DNA of 55,216 bases from a candidate division FCPU426 bacterium (GCA_030637655.1 DAOWGI010000072.1:1-55216), one strand, 5' to 3'; shown: positions 1 to 9,831, counted from the first letter of the stretch. A program made the numbers and translations. The notes: generated by a model from the letters alone, not told the origin.

Positions 1-42
1 GATGAGCATGCGAAGTCTCCTTACCTGTTGATTTGAAACCAT
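1..42 (-). CDS. istA: IS21-family transposase IstA, N-terminal 14 codons (partial)
   Basis: GGAGG-N5-ATG at 42 gives MVSNQQVRRLRMLI, resembling the recalled IstA start MVTDQQVRRL. It is too short for the ORF track. Confidence 0.7.
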   Translation of the reverse strand, partial: MVSNQQVRRLRMLI

Positions 43-140
43 TTACGCCTCCTTTTCTTGACGTAAACAGTTTACTTTTCTTTACGACATTCCGGAAATT
101 CTAATTGTCGTTGACAGGTAATTTTGATTGTCGCTCATCA
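1..140 (-). mobile_element. Left end of an IS21-family insertion sequence (element continues beyond the window start)
   Basis: Minus strand from 140 begins 5'-TG (TGATGAGCGACAATCAAAATTACC) and is followed by a second copy (TGTCAACGACAATTAGAATTTCC, 116..94), the repeated-end layout typical of IS21. A GGAGG RBS and an IstA-like start follow. Confidence 0.75.
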
Positions 141-209
141 TTGTCCGGATAACCGGTTAACTTCCCCTGCCCTGCACCATACGGTGCAGGGGTTCCCTCC
201 TGCGGCATT

Positions 210-266
210 GGGCGTATGTAATACGCACCTACGTTATTATCGGGCGAACACAAGGTTCGCCCCTAC
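210..266 (-). repeat. Two GTAG-type REP-like palindromes
   Basis: Minus strand GTAGGGGCGAACCTTGTGTTCGCCC (266..242) and GTAGGTGCGTATTACATACGCCC (232..210). Confidence 0.7.
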
Positions 267-358
267 TTGTATTGACAACCAACGCGATTCCGGCTAGAAT
301 TACCATCCATTCAAAATTATTCCGTACATCCACAGATGTACCAGAAAGAGGTATACGC

Positions 359-1411
359 ATGCAGGTCGGTTTTCTCGGCGCTGAAGCCAGTGGTAAGACC
401 ACTTTATTTGAATTACTTAGCAATACTCAGGGAGCGTTTCTTTCTCCGGATAAGGCCAATACTGCGGCCGTAGATGTGCCGGATGAACGGGTGGATAAAT
501 TATCCGCTTTATATAAACCTAAAAAAACGATCTATGCCAAGATCACGTTTGTTGATATCAACCGCCTCTCCCCCGGTGACCGGGATAACAATAATAAATC
601 TTTGAATCATCTGAAACTTATGGATGCCCTGGCTATTGTTATTAATGGCTATACTCCAGGCCAGGATGAAAAGGCTATGACTAATGAACTGGATTTTTGT
701 CTCTCTGAATTAATACTTTCGGACTTGGATCAGGTAGAGCGAAAGCTGGAGCGCTTAAAAAAACCGCAAAAAGCCAACACCCTGGCCGGGGTGCCGGAAA
801 AAGAGGTTTTCGAAAAGTTAAGTGCGACTTTGGAAGAAAATACTTTTCTCTCAGCCTTGGAACTGACTCCGGATATTTGGAAAGAATTGAATTCGTACAG
901 TTTTTTAACCCGCCAACCCATGTTTGTGGTGGTGAATTTATCTGAAGAAGCCAGCGCTTCCCAGCCAACAGGCCTTCAGGCCCTGGAAGCCGCGGCTGCC
1001 AAACGCGGTCTGCCGGTGGTCCGGATGTATGCCAAACTGGAAAAAGATCTGCAGGAATTGCCGACGGATGAGCGGGAAGTCTTTGCTCAGGAATACAACC
1101 TTCCTTTGGATGGAAAAAATACCTTTGTCAAACAAGCTTATGCCACTGCCGGACTCATCAGTTTCTTAACTGTGGGCGAGGATGAGGTACGCGCCTGGAC
1201 TCTCAAAGCCGGTTCTCCGGTACGTGAGGCGGCCGGTGTAATCCATAATGATCTGATGGATCATTTTGTGCGCGCAGAAGTGATTCACTGCGACCGGTTA
1301 TTGGAATGCGGTTCTGAACAGGAAGCGACCAAGCGCGGCTGGATGCGGTCCGAAAAAAAAGAATATCCGGTGCAGGACGGTGATGTATTGCATATATTGT
1401 CATCAAAATAA
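359..1411 (+). CDS. YchF/Obg-like P-loop NTPase with C-terminal TGS-like (DUF933) domain
   Basis: GAEASGKTT P-loop, VDVPDERVDKLS, LISFLTVGEDEVRAWT, AAGVIHND and EYPVQDGDV are YchF hallmarks. Start taken at ATG 359 after GAGG. The G1/G3 motifs are divergent. Confidence 0.85.
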   Translation: MQVGFLGAEASGKTTLFELLSNTQGAFLSPDKANTAAVDVPDERVDKLSALYKPKKTIYAKITFVDINRLSPGDRDNNNKSLNHLKLMDALAIVINGYTPGQDEKAMTNELDFCLSELILSDLDQVERKLERLKKPQKANTLAGVPEKEVFEKLSATLEENTFLSALELTPDIWKELNSYSFLTRQPMFVVVNLSEEASASQPTGLQALEAAAAKRGLPVVRMYAKLEKDLQELPTDEREVFAQEYNLPLDGKNTFVKQAYATAGLISFLTVGEDEVRAWTLKAGSPVREAAGVIHNDLMDHFVRAEVIHCDRLLECGSEQEATKRGWMRSEKKEYPVQDGDVLHILSSK

Positions 1412-1413
1412 AT

Positions 1414-1443
1414 TGTAGGGAATGGTCGCGACCATTCCCTACA
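1414..1443. repeat. Perfect 30-bp GTAG-REP palindrome between convergent genes
   Basis: TGTAGGGAATGGTCGCGACCATTCCCTACA is self-complementary. Confidence 0.85.
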
Positions 1444-1486
1444 GGTATTGTTTGCGAACAAACACGCGAACGATGTCGCCGAATAA

Positions 1487-2515
1487 TTATCCGGCCAATT
1501 TCCGGCTAACTTCAATCCATTCCGCCAATTTCCGTTTGGCTTTTCCGGATGCAATAATCTCGCGAGCCTGTTCAACACCCTGTTTGAAATCCTTGGCTTT
1601 TTCTGCTGCCACCAGGATTGCCGCTGAATTCATGAGTACAGCATCCAGCTTGGCACCGGCCTCGTTATTAAATATTTTCTGCATGATTTCCGCGTTCTGC
1701 TGCGCGTCTCCGCCTTGAATATCTTGTAAGGACGCGGTCGCGAGTCCAAAATCTTCAGGCGTCACGGTATAAGTCTTTACTTTTCCATCAGCATTGACTT
1801 CACTGACCTGCGTTGGTCCGGTGATTGAGAATTCATCCAAATGATCATTGCCATGCACCACCAAGGCTTTACGCACACCCAGTTTTCCCAACACGTCAGC
1901 CAACACTTCAGTCAGTTCGGCGGCATACACTCCCAAAACCTGCACATTGGCCTGAGCCGGATTGCACAGTGGCCCCAAAATATTAAAAATAGTGCGAATG
2001 CCTATTTCCCGGCGCGGACCGCCGGCATGCTTCATAGCAGGATGAAAATTCGGAGCAAATAGAAAACCGATACCGGCTTGCTCAATACTCTGCTGTACTT
2101 TTTCCGCCGGCAAGGCAATCTGCACACCCAAGGTTTCCAATACATCCGCACTCCCGGATTTGGAAGAAACCGAGCGGTTGCCATGCTTGGCCACAGTCAA
2201 ACCGGCAGCCGCGGCTACGATTGCCACAGCAGATGAAATATTAAAGGTGTTGGAATGATCGCCTCCGGTCCCGCAGGTATCCACCACAATCCCATGATCT
2301 GCTCCCACCTGAATGGTGGCTGCTGCCGCGCGCATGGCTTGCGCGCAGCCGGTGATTTCTTCCACAGTCTCGCCTTTCATGCGCAAGGCTGTAATAAAAG
2401 CCGCAATTTGCGCTGAAGTGGCCGCGCCTTTCATGATGATTTCCATACTAAGGCGCGCTTCTTCCCGAGACAAATCCTGCTGCTCCACAATTTTATTCAT
2501 CATTTCCTTGATCAT
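1487..2515 (-). CDS. trpD: Anthranilate phosphoribosyltransferase
   Basis: DTCGTGGD, TFNISS, KHGNRSVSSKSGSADVLE, RTIFNILGPL. Confidence 0.97.
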   Translation of the reverse strand: MIKEMMNKIVEQQDLSREEARLSMEIIMKGAATSAQIAAFITALRMKGETVEEITGCAQAMRAAAATIQVGADHGIVVDTCGTGGDHSNTFNISSAVAIVAAAAGLTVAKHGNRSVSSKSGSADVLETLGVQIALPAEKVQQSIEQAGIGFLFAPNFHPAMKHAGGPRREIGIRTIFNILGPLCNPAQANVQVLGVYAAELTEVLADVLGKLGVRKALVVHGNDHLDEFSITGPTQVSEVNADGKVKTYTVTPEDFGLATASLQDIQGGDAQQNAEIMQKIFNNEAGAKLDAVLMNSAAILVAAEKAKDFKQGVEQAREIIASGKAKRKLAEWIEVSRKLAG

Positions 2516-2587
2516 TATCTCAACTCCTTATTTGTTTCGAATTTCGATATTCGTATTTCGAATTTGTTTTTTGATCTTTTGGTGTAG

Positions 2588-3991
2588 TTATTTTTTCTCA
2601 ATACCCAACCGCTTCATAGTCTGCCGTAAATAGGCATTTGCCATGCCCAAGGCTTGCGAGGTCTTTAAAACATTCCCTTTATTCTGTTCCAAATGATAGG
2701 TGTAATACTCTCTTTCCATGCCTTCTCTGGTCTTGTCCAAAAGCTGCTTGAAATCAGAATATTTGATTTCTTTATTGAATTCCGATCCCTGTACCACCTC
2801 TTGTTCATTCTCAATCTTCAACTCATCGGCAAATTTTTTCTCAAGATCTTTCAATTTTATTGTATCACCCTGGCAATTATCCACCGCGTTCTCAATATAA
2901 CTCTCCAAACGGCGTATATTACCTTTCCAGCTCATTTTTTTAAAACGTCCAATTATTTCATCGTCTACTTTTAATATATTTTTCTTCTTTTCGATGTTGC
3001 ATTTCCTCAAAAAATGCTCAACCAGTATGGGAATATCGTTTAAACGTTCCCGCAAAGCAGGGAGTTCCACTTTACTGGTTTCCAAACGGTAATATAAATC
3101 TTCTCTGAATTTGTTTTTTTGAACTTCCGTAATTAAATCACGGTTGGTGGCAAATATGAAAACAGCATCAACGTGCCTGGGTTCACTCGAACCAATTCTA
3201 TTAAAAGTCTTATGCTGAGTTAATCTTAATAATTTCGCCTGATGCGCCTCGGTTAATTCAGCAATCTCATCAAAAAATACAATCCCGCCTTGCGCTTCTT
3301 CCACCATCCCCTTTTTATTTTTCGCTTGCGGAAATGCTCCCGGCACCGTTCCAAAAACTTCTGTTTCAAAGAGATCACCCGGAAAAGCCGAACAAAGAAT
3401 CGTAACAAAAGGCCGGTCTTTTCTCGGACTGTTTCTCCGGTAGTACTGAGCAGCGACTTCTTTACCGGTCCCGGTTTTCCCTTGAATCAGCAGATTGCTC
3501 TCTGCTTTAGCGGCATTGCTGATATGCCACATTGCTTCTAAAAAAGCGGGCGCCTTCCCAATCATTTCACTTTCCGTGTCCTGAATGCCGGAAACGATAT
3601 TTTTAGAGGCTAATAGACAATCTTTGATTTTCTCCAATACTCTTTCATACCCACAATCATCTTTCAAAAAGTATCCTGTGATACCTAAAGCGGTCAGCTT
3701 TTCCAGGCGTGGCGCATCCATTGTTCCACTGATAACAAACACAGGCAATTCGGATGTATTCGGATAATTATCCCGAAGTTCTTTTAGAATATCTATTCCC
3801 ACAGTATCATTTTCATCGCTAAAGCTAATATCCAGGGTAATCAAATTCGGCGCGAATTTCTCTATCTTCTGCAACACACCTTCTTTCTGTAGGTGATACT
3901 CTACCGTATATCCTTCATCTTCGAATTTCCCTTTCAGGGCTTCCACTACATCAATGTTATCTTCAATAATTAATATTTTTGACACAGCCAC
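2588..3991 (-). CDS. NtrC/Fis-family response regulator (REC-AAA+-HTH) with atypical GAFTGA motif
   Basis: Receiver (ILIIEDN, LITLDI), Walker A GKTGTGKE, Walker B FFDEI, FREDLYYRL, WKGNIRRL and a C-terminal Fis HTH. GAFTGA reads GAFPQA. Confidence 0.92.
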   Translation of the reverse strand: MAVSKILIIEDNIDVVEALKGKFEDEGYTVEYHLQKEGVLQKIEKFAPNLITLDISFSDENDTVGIDILKELRDNYPNTSELPVFVISGTMDAPRLEKLTALGITGYFLKDDCGYERVLEKIKDCLLASKNIVSGIQDTESEMIGKAPAFLEAMWHISNAAKAESNLLIQGKTGTGKEVAAQYYRRNSPRKDRPFVTILCSAFPGDLFETEVFGTVPGAFPQAKNKKGMVEEAQGGIVFFDEIAELTEAHQAKLLRLTQHKTFNRIGSSEPRHVDAVFIFATNRDLITEVQKNKFREDLYYRLETSKVELPALRERLNDIPILVEHFLRKCNIEKKKNILKVDDEIIGRFKKMSWKGNIRRLESYIENAVDNCQGDTIKLKDLEKKFADELKIENEQEVVQGSEFNKEIKYSDFKQLLDKTREGMEREYYTYHLEQNKGNVLKTSQALGMANAYLRQTMKRLGIEKK

Positions 3992-4009
3992 ACTCCTTAT
4001 AAAAAATTC

Positions 4010-5257
4010 TCAAGCTGTTGGTATAGTCAAGAAAAATTCAGCGCCTTTACCCTGCACACTGTTTGAAACCCCCAAACTACCTTCCATAAGCTCTGCCAAT
4101 TTTCGCGAAGTAGCCAATCCAAGTCCCATACCTTCTTTATTGGGATTCAATTGCATATACGGTTGAAATATCTTTTCCCAATCTTTTTTATAAATCCCCG
4201 GACCTTGATCACTGATTAAGATCCTTACCATTTCCTCCTGTTTTTCAATACGTATGCCAATTTCCGTGTTAAAAGGCGAAAATTTCATGGCATTATGAAG
4301 CAGATTCTTTATTATTCTTTTTAATACTTGCGGATCCGCTTCGACATAAAAAGGCCCGGTATTTTTATTATATTTATAGCGCATTCCGCGTTTGGCCATA
4401 TGTTCTTCTATTGCTTGCATTACGGACACAACACTTTCAGTGATATCCATCGTTTCAATTCTAATCTCTGTTTTTCCTTCTTCCAGCTTCTGTTGATCAT
4501 TAAGATTATCCACAAAACGATAAATCGAATCCGTACTTTCTTTAGATATTTTCAAGTCCTTTTTCAAATCAACTATTTTTTTATTTTCATCCAGTTTTCC
4601 TAAAAGCGAAGATAATTTTGTATTAATGATAAACAAGTCCTGTTTCGCGTCATGAGTAATGCCATAGATCATATCTGCCTTGGTTTTCTCGGTTTTCTTT
4701 AATTTGTGATGGGTAGTATACAACCAAATTCCGAGACCGGCCAATATCAACAGTAGAAAACCAATCACAGCAAATGCCTGCAAAATACCATTTTTGGGAG
4801 CCTGGTATTCTGCCAGGGAAAATATGGTTTTTATACGTGCCTGATTTTCTTCATGATAATTCAAGTTCTGCTGCACATACAGTTTTTGTGTTTTGCGATT
4901 TAAAAAGGAGGATTGATCCTTAGCGTCCATTTGCGCCGGCCACGTGATTTTTTCGTCAGCAGAAGGCAGTACTTGTTTTCCATCTATAAAAACAGCAATT
5001 TCATCCAAAAAATTAATCTCTTTTAATAATTTTCTGGTCTTTGAAAAATCCACGTAATCTTTATTTGATAAAAAGTAGTCTGCTGTTTTAGAAATGTTTT
5101 TGGTAAAATTCTCATGCTCCGCGTGACGCAATTTTTCAAAGCGCTGGACATTAGACCAAATCGTGCCAATGGCAACAAAGGATAACAAAATTATAACCAC
5201 TCCAAGGATTAAAATCCAATACTCCTTGAATTCTCTTTTTTTCTTTGGTTTCCCCAT
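4010..5257 (-). CDS. Membrane sensor histidine kinase
   Basis: Two TM helices flank a periplasmic domain. H-box ITHDAKQDL, N-box NLLHNAMKF, G1 DQGPGI, G2 GMGLGL. Confidence 0.92.
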   Translation of the reverse strand: MGKPKKKREFKEYWILILGVVIILLSFVAIGTIWSNVQRFEKLRHAEHENFTKNISKTADYFLSNKDYVDFSKTRKLLKEINFLDEIAVFIDGKQVLPSADEKITWPAQMDAKDQSSFLNRKTQKLYVQQNLNYHEENQARIKTIFSLAEYQAPKNGILQAFAVIGFLLLILAGLGIWLYTTHHKLKKTEKTKADMIYGITHDAKQDLFIINTKLSSLLGKLDENKKIVDLKKDLKISKESTDSIYRFVDNLNDQQKLEEGKTEIRIETMDITESVVSVMQAIEEHMAKRGMRYKYNKNTGPFYVEADPQVLKRIIKNLLHNAMKFSPFNTEIGIRIEKQEEMVRILISDQGPGIYKKDWEKIFQPYMQLNPNKEGMGLGLATSRKLAELMEGSLGVSNSVQGKGAEFFLTIPTA

Positions 5258-5274
5258 GTTTTCCCTGTTTCCCC

Positions 5275-7407
5275 TTACTTACTTGGCACAAAACGCTCAA
5301 TCTTAAAAAACTCCAGAAATTCCTTGGCCTTGGGATCAGAATGAAACTTCAGCAAGGCTGCCATCAGCAAATCCATTTGCCCGTTCTTCGTCTTGTTTTG
5401 CGAAGATGTCACATATAAATACGTATTAGGCTTGGCTTGGGAACGGGCAATGATTTTAACTTTTGGCAAATCGGGTCCCTTTTTAATAACATCCAATATA
5501 TACTCATATTCAACCACAGCATCAACCACGTCCATTTGTAATGCTGTTAAGCTTCCCCGGACATGCTTGTGTTTTTCCAGGAACTTAAAATAAGTGTCTG
5601 TTGAAAAACCGTCAACGGTTTGATAAAAATCATCCTTTAACATTCTTTTCAGCCGTATATTCGAGTACCCAATCCGCTTACCGTGTAAATCTTCGGCTGC
5701 TTTAATTTCACTATCTGCCAATACCAACAAACAACACTGCTGACTGGTCTTGCCATGGGATTGAATGGTTACTTGGGGTTGAATCAGATCATCTTTTTCA
5801 AACTTGGCAAAATCCGATTCATACGAAACCAGGATATCTATCTCTCCTTGTCTCAAACCCAATTGCATTTCCGCCGGACTGACGTATTTCCACTCCACTT
5901 CCAGACCGCTGGTTTTTTCAATATGTTTTCTCAGATAATTGGTTATGCTGTTAATCTCCTTCAGATTTCCAAAATCCGTAAAAACCTTTTTTTCGATTCC
6001 CACCACTATTTTATTCGGATATTTGTCCTGAATCACCACTGCTTTTTCAGTATCCAGTTTTGAAATTTCCGCTGCTTTTAGTTCGAGAATCAGGGTTTCA
6101 TATAAGCTTTGCACTTTTTTGATTTCAATTTCAACTTTGACCACAGTTTCATTCGCTTCTGAGGCTATATTTAATATTTTTTCACTGCTCTCCTCAGCCT
6201 TTTCCAGGGCTATTTTGGCATTCAATTTGGCAGTAAAAATTTTATCGCTACAGCTCTCTATCGCCGCCTTAATCTTCTGCGCTTTGTTTGGATCCTCTGT
6301 TTTGGAAAGCTCAATCGCAGCCCGCAAAATCAGCGCTACTTCCTCTGCCAGCTTTTGCGCTGTACTGGATTTTTTTATTACCGCATTGGCTGTTGCCATG
6401 ACTTCCAGAGTTTTTCGCACTTTAGCATCTTGTTGTTTCTCCAGACTACCCCACCGTACGGTCATGCCCACCCGATGTGTGCCCAAAGAATCAGCCAACT
6501 GAAAAGGATAGGAAAATGCGTAATCCAGTTGAAGTCCCAAATCCGCTTCCAAACCGGCATAGCAAAAACTCAGACCACTGGTAAAACGCTCTGCATTCAC
6601 ACCGGCGCGCAGAGCAACCAAATAATTGAACCACCGGGACTCAACGCCAAACTTTGGGACATATACCCAATTGCGCGCGGATAATTCCGCTGTGACCATC
6701 AAAGAATCCAGCCATTCCTGCTTGGCAGGAAACGTATATGTATAGGCAGTACCAACACGATAAATAGCCGGCACAATTTCCTCCACAAACATACCGACAT
6801 TGGCTGGGATTACATTGTCCACACTCAAGCCAATATTGAAGCCTTCAAATAAAGAAGCCAGAATTCCCACATCAGCTGTAAAACCATACTTTTCCGTTCC
6901 CTTGGTGAAAATCTCAGGAGTTACATACTCCCCACCTTCCACCATCCAGTGCAAAAGTTTTACAGAAGCACCCACATCCAGAAATACACCGCTGTCCATA
7001 ATATAGGGTTCCCACAAGCGTTTGCCGTATGATAGCGTCACTGTATTTTCCTGGTAAAAAACAGTATTAAACTGCGTCCAACCGGCACCCAGCCCACCTC
7101 CTAAAAATCCAACCGGCACTCCCAAAGATATAAAATTATAGCCAAATCCATCATCAGCTTCATTGTAGAGTCGTACATTGAGGTTGGAGTACAGATCCGC
7201 GTACATACCGGTCAATTCCCAGGCATCCAAACGGGCATAACCGGCCGGATTAAAAAGCGCTGAATTGGCATCATCCGCCACTGCCACAAATGCCTCACCC
7301 ATACCGGACGGCCGGACACCATTGGCAAAATCCATAAAATAGGCTGAAATTGGGGAATTAAGAGAAATTATCAAAAAGAGAAAAATAAAAAGGCTTTTAA
7401 GTTTCAT
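5275..7407 (-). CDS. PorV-like beta-barrel fused via a helical/coiled-coil linker to a phosphonate-binding (PhnD-like) periplasmic binding domain
   Basis: Signal peptide. GVRPSGMGEAFVAVADDANSALFNPAG starts and LDYAFSYP..LGTHRVGMTVRW ends the barrel. An A/E/K-rich helical middle follows. The C-terminus has LVLADSEIKAAEDLHGKRIGY and ALQMDVVDAVV, typical of PBP2/PhnD folds. Confidence 0.7.
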   Translation of the reverse strand: MKLKSLFIFLFLIISLNSPISAYFMDFANGVRPSGMGEAFVAVADDANSALFNPAGYARLDAWELTGMYADLYSNLNVRLYNEADDGFGYNFISLGVPVGFLGGGLGAGWTQFNTVFYQENTVTLSYGKRLWEPYIMDSGVFLDVGASVKLLHWMVEGGEYVTPEIFTKGTEKYGFTADVGILASLFEGFNIGLSVDNVIPANVGMFVEEIVPAIYRVGTAYTYTFPAKQEWLDSLMVTAELSARNWVYVPKFGVESRWFNYLVALRAGVNAERFTSGLSFCYAGLEADLGLQLDYAFSYPFQLADSLGTHRVGMTVRWGSLEKQQDAKVRKTLEVMATANAVIKKSSTAQKLAEEVALILRAAIELSKTEDPNKAQKIKAAIESCSDKIFTAKLNAKIALEKAEESSEKILNIASEANETVVKVEIEIKKVQSLYETLILELKAAEISKLDTEKAVVIQDKYPNKIVVGIEKKVFTDFGNLKEINSITNYLRKHIEKTSGLEVEWKYVSPAEMQLGLRQGEIDILVSYESDFAKFEKDDLIQPQVTIQSHGKTSQQCCLLVLADSEIKAAEDLHGKRIGYSNIRLKRMLKDDFYQTVDGFSTDTYFKFLEKHKHVRGSLTALQMDVVDAVVEYEYILDVIKKGPDLPKVKIIARSQAKPNTYLYVTSSQNKTKNGQMDLLMAALLKFHSDPKAKEFLEFFKIERFVPSK

Positions 7408-7712
7408 TATTATTACCCTTTGTTGAATTTTTCGTGCATTGTATTTTGAGGGGAATTATACTTTGTCCCTTTCCATATGTCATGTTATTTTCACAGTTTT
7501 CTTATTTAAAATTAGGTACACTTTATAGATGCAAATCTCGTAAATTTATTTCAGATTATTTCTTAAGAAGAATGAATATTCATCCCAGACCAGATAACAA
7601 ACTCCGTATCTGAAATTGTTTCGAATTTCGTATTTAGAATTTGCCTTTTGCCTTTAACTTTGTTTCACATTTCGATATTCGAGCTTCGGATTTGCTTAAT
7701 ATTTTATTTAAA

Positions 7713-7736
7713 GGGCGACCCGCAGGTCGCCCCTAC
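7713..7736 (-). repeat. GTAG-type REP-like palindrome
   Basis: Minus strand GTAGGGGCGACCTGCGGGTCGCCC. Confidence 0.7.
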
Positions 7737-7768
7737 TTTATTAACACCACTTTTCCCGCTGAGCTGCG

Positions 7769-8695
7769 CTAGCGTTCGATTTGCACTAAAAACGCCTCAA
7801 TGGCTTTAATCACTTCGCCTTGACTGGTTTTGTAAAGGGTTAAAAGATGCCGGTTATGTTCCCAATTTGTCAGATCAAATTCTTTGGTCTGAATTACCTG
7901 GGATGAAACCTTATTGGCAATATAAGCCATATTCTCAAAAAGCGCGGATTTATCCCCTTTGGAATGCATAATAAGGATCGGCGCCTTTATTTGTAATAGT
8001 CTTTTCCGTGCCTGATACATGCCCATTTTCAAACTATAGACTTGTTTACAATAATTTTTGCCTTGATACCAAAAGTGTTCTGCTCCATCCTCATCCACTT
8101 CAGGTTTAATTTCATCAATCTCCGCTATTATCCATGAGATAAAACGTACCAAATAGACACGCCAATCATACAAAACACCCGCACCCAATACATTATTAAA
8201 AAAAGCCGGCGCTGCAATGGTAATAATACCATCAGGCGCTAAATCAGCATTGAATTCTTCAGCCAACGTAAGTGCAATCGTTCCTCCCATGGACAAACCG
8301 CATATATAGACCTTGTCATATTTCGTCCTCAAATCCAGATACGTATCGCGCGCACAAGCCTGCCATTGCGCAAAATATGTCTTTTTAAAATCCTTCGCTT
8401 TGGTTCCATGCCCGGGATAGAGCGGAATAACCACATTGTATTTTTCTAAAAAAGCTTCAGCCACTTTTTTAAAATCATTGGGAGAGGATTTATAACTGTG
8501 CAAAAAGAGAATAACGCCGGCTTTTTTAGGTTCAGTCAAAAACATTGGCGATACTTCGGACACAGCCCATTCCTCCGGTTTTGACACTTGATATTCTTTA
8601 GTCTCACTGTATAAAAACGGTGTTTCATTAAATAAAAAAATGATAAAACCCAGTACTATTATTACTCCAAGTATCCCCGGCAAATATTTGAACAT
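7769..8695 (-). CDS. Membrane-anchored alpha/beta hydrolase (carboxylesterase/monoacylglycerol lipase-like)
   Basis: N-terminal TM, LYPGHGT, nucleophile elbow GLSMGG, HSKGD, and a late His. Confidence 0.88.
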   Translation of the reverse strand: MFKYLPGILGVIIVLGFIIFLFNETPFLYSETKEYQVSKPEEWAVSEVSPMFLTEPKKAGVILFLHSYKSSPNDFKKVAEAFLEKYNVVIPLYPGHGTKAKDFKKTYFAQWQACARDTYLDLRTKYDKVYICGLSMGGTIALTLAEEFNADLAPDGIITIAAPAFFNNVLGAGVLYDWRVYLVRFISWIIAEIDEIKPEVDEDGAEHFWYQGKNYCKQVYSLKMGMYQARKRLLQIKAPILIMHSKGDKSALFENMAYIANKVSSQVIQTKEFDLTNWEHNRHLLTLYKTSQGEVIKAIEAFLVQIER

Positions 8696-8908
8696 TTCTC
8701 CAGCCTCCTATTTCTTATTTTATCCAATAGGCGAACATACCCAAAAGACGGGCACAGGCAAGGTTTGCCTCTGCACCATGGTAATTCCTAATCCTCTTCT
8801 GTAAAAACATTCATTTCATATTTATATAATATTCCAAAGCCTTCTTCCAGGGAAATACTTCAAACTCATCCGTGTTGATCCTCGTTCATCTGTAGTTCAC
8901 TTTTTTAA

Positions 8909-9829
8909 TTATGTATGTCTCCTGGAACTAATTAATCGTGCCATTCTCTCCCGGACAATTCGAAGCAGCCTGTCTTTTTCCTCTTCTGTCAATTTTGAAT
9001 CCAGAATCATTTCCTTAATGATTTTTTCCTGGTCTAAAAATTTGTTGGCTACGACTTTGGGCGGGATTCCAAGGTAATCAGCCAAGGCCTTAAAATCCTC
9101 GACTGTAATTTTATTCTTTTTGCCATTGATCGATAATGCCGAATCCTCTTCTCCGGGAATGAGCAATTTAGAAGAAACAATATCATACGCTGGGGCCAGA
9201 CGGATGTAATTCGGGGCGGTGTAATAAATCGAGAAATTTTTAAAATGAGCGTCGCCATTACCTATTATGAAATAAAACAATATTCTCTCAAAAAAGAGCT
9301 GTACATCCAAACCAGGAACGCTTGAAACCATTTTTAGCTTTTTCCCGATTTCCTCCACCGATCCCTGATACTTGTCTTGCTTTCCCAAAATCTGGAAAAA
9401 ATCTTCCTGGTGAATTTTTGTTTGTCCCATTCGGTCAAATCGCTTCACAAGATACGCCCAAGTTTGATCCTTTAGTCGTAACAGCATATGTGGTGGTATG
9501 TCGATTCCCAGATGAGCGGCAATGGTCATGCACAACTGTTCATTTTGAGGTAAATTCAGAAAGGTAATGACTTGCGGCTTCAATATAAATTCACCGTCGG
9601 TTGTCACAACTTCAAGCTCTTTAGTCTGCCGATTGAGGCGCATAGACAATTTAGGCTGAACCCCTGAAATAGATAGTTTCCCAGCCATTTTTTGGGCCTG
9701 AATAGAAACTTCAGCCAGCGATATATTTACTTGCGGCTGATAATTAACCTTGAAAATTTTCCGCAGACAAGCTTTGTGTATAGGTACTTCATCGGTTAAT
9801 GGTTTTCCGCAACTTAAACAACTTTCCAT
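8909..9829 (-). CDS. hipT: HipT/HipA-like serine/threonine kinase toxin (HipA C-terminal domain)
   Basis: KLSISGVQPKLS Gly-rich loop, KRFDR, HQEDF, GNGDAHFKNFS, LAPAYD. N-terminal CxxC...HxxC. Confidence 0.88.
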   Translation of the reverse strand: MESCLSCGKPLTDEVPIHKACLRKIFKVNYQPQVNISLAEVSIQAQKMAGKLSISGVQPKLSMRLNRQTKELEVVTTDGEFILKPQVITFLNLPQNEQLCMTIAAHLGIDIPPHMLLRLKDQTWAYLVKRFDRMGQTKIHQEDFFQILGKQDKYQGSVEEIGKKLKMVSSVPGLDVQLFFERILFYFIIGNGDAHFKNFSIYYTAPNYIRLAPAYDIVSSKLLIPGEEDSALSINGKKNKITVEDFKALADYLGIPPKVVANKFLDQEKIIKEMILDSKLTEEEKDRLLRIVRERMARLISSRRHT

Positions 9830-9831
9830 AT

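Noticed and set aside
272-358. N-terminal extension of the YchF-like ORF from TTG 272
   Set aside because: Homology begins at ATG 359, which has an RBS. The TTG is part of a TTGACA promoter-like hexamer.
7529-7545. Possible sigma-54 promoter upstream of the PorV fusion (TTTACGAGATTTGCA on minus)
   Set aside because: The -12 GC is present but the invariant -24 GG is replaced by TT.
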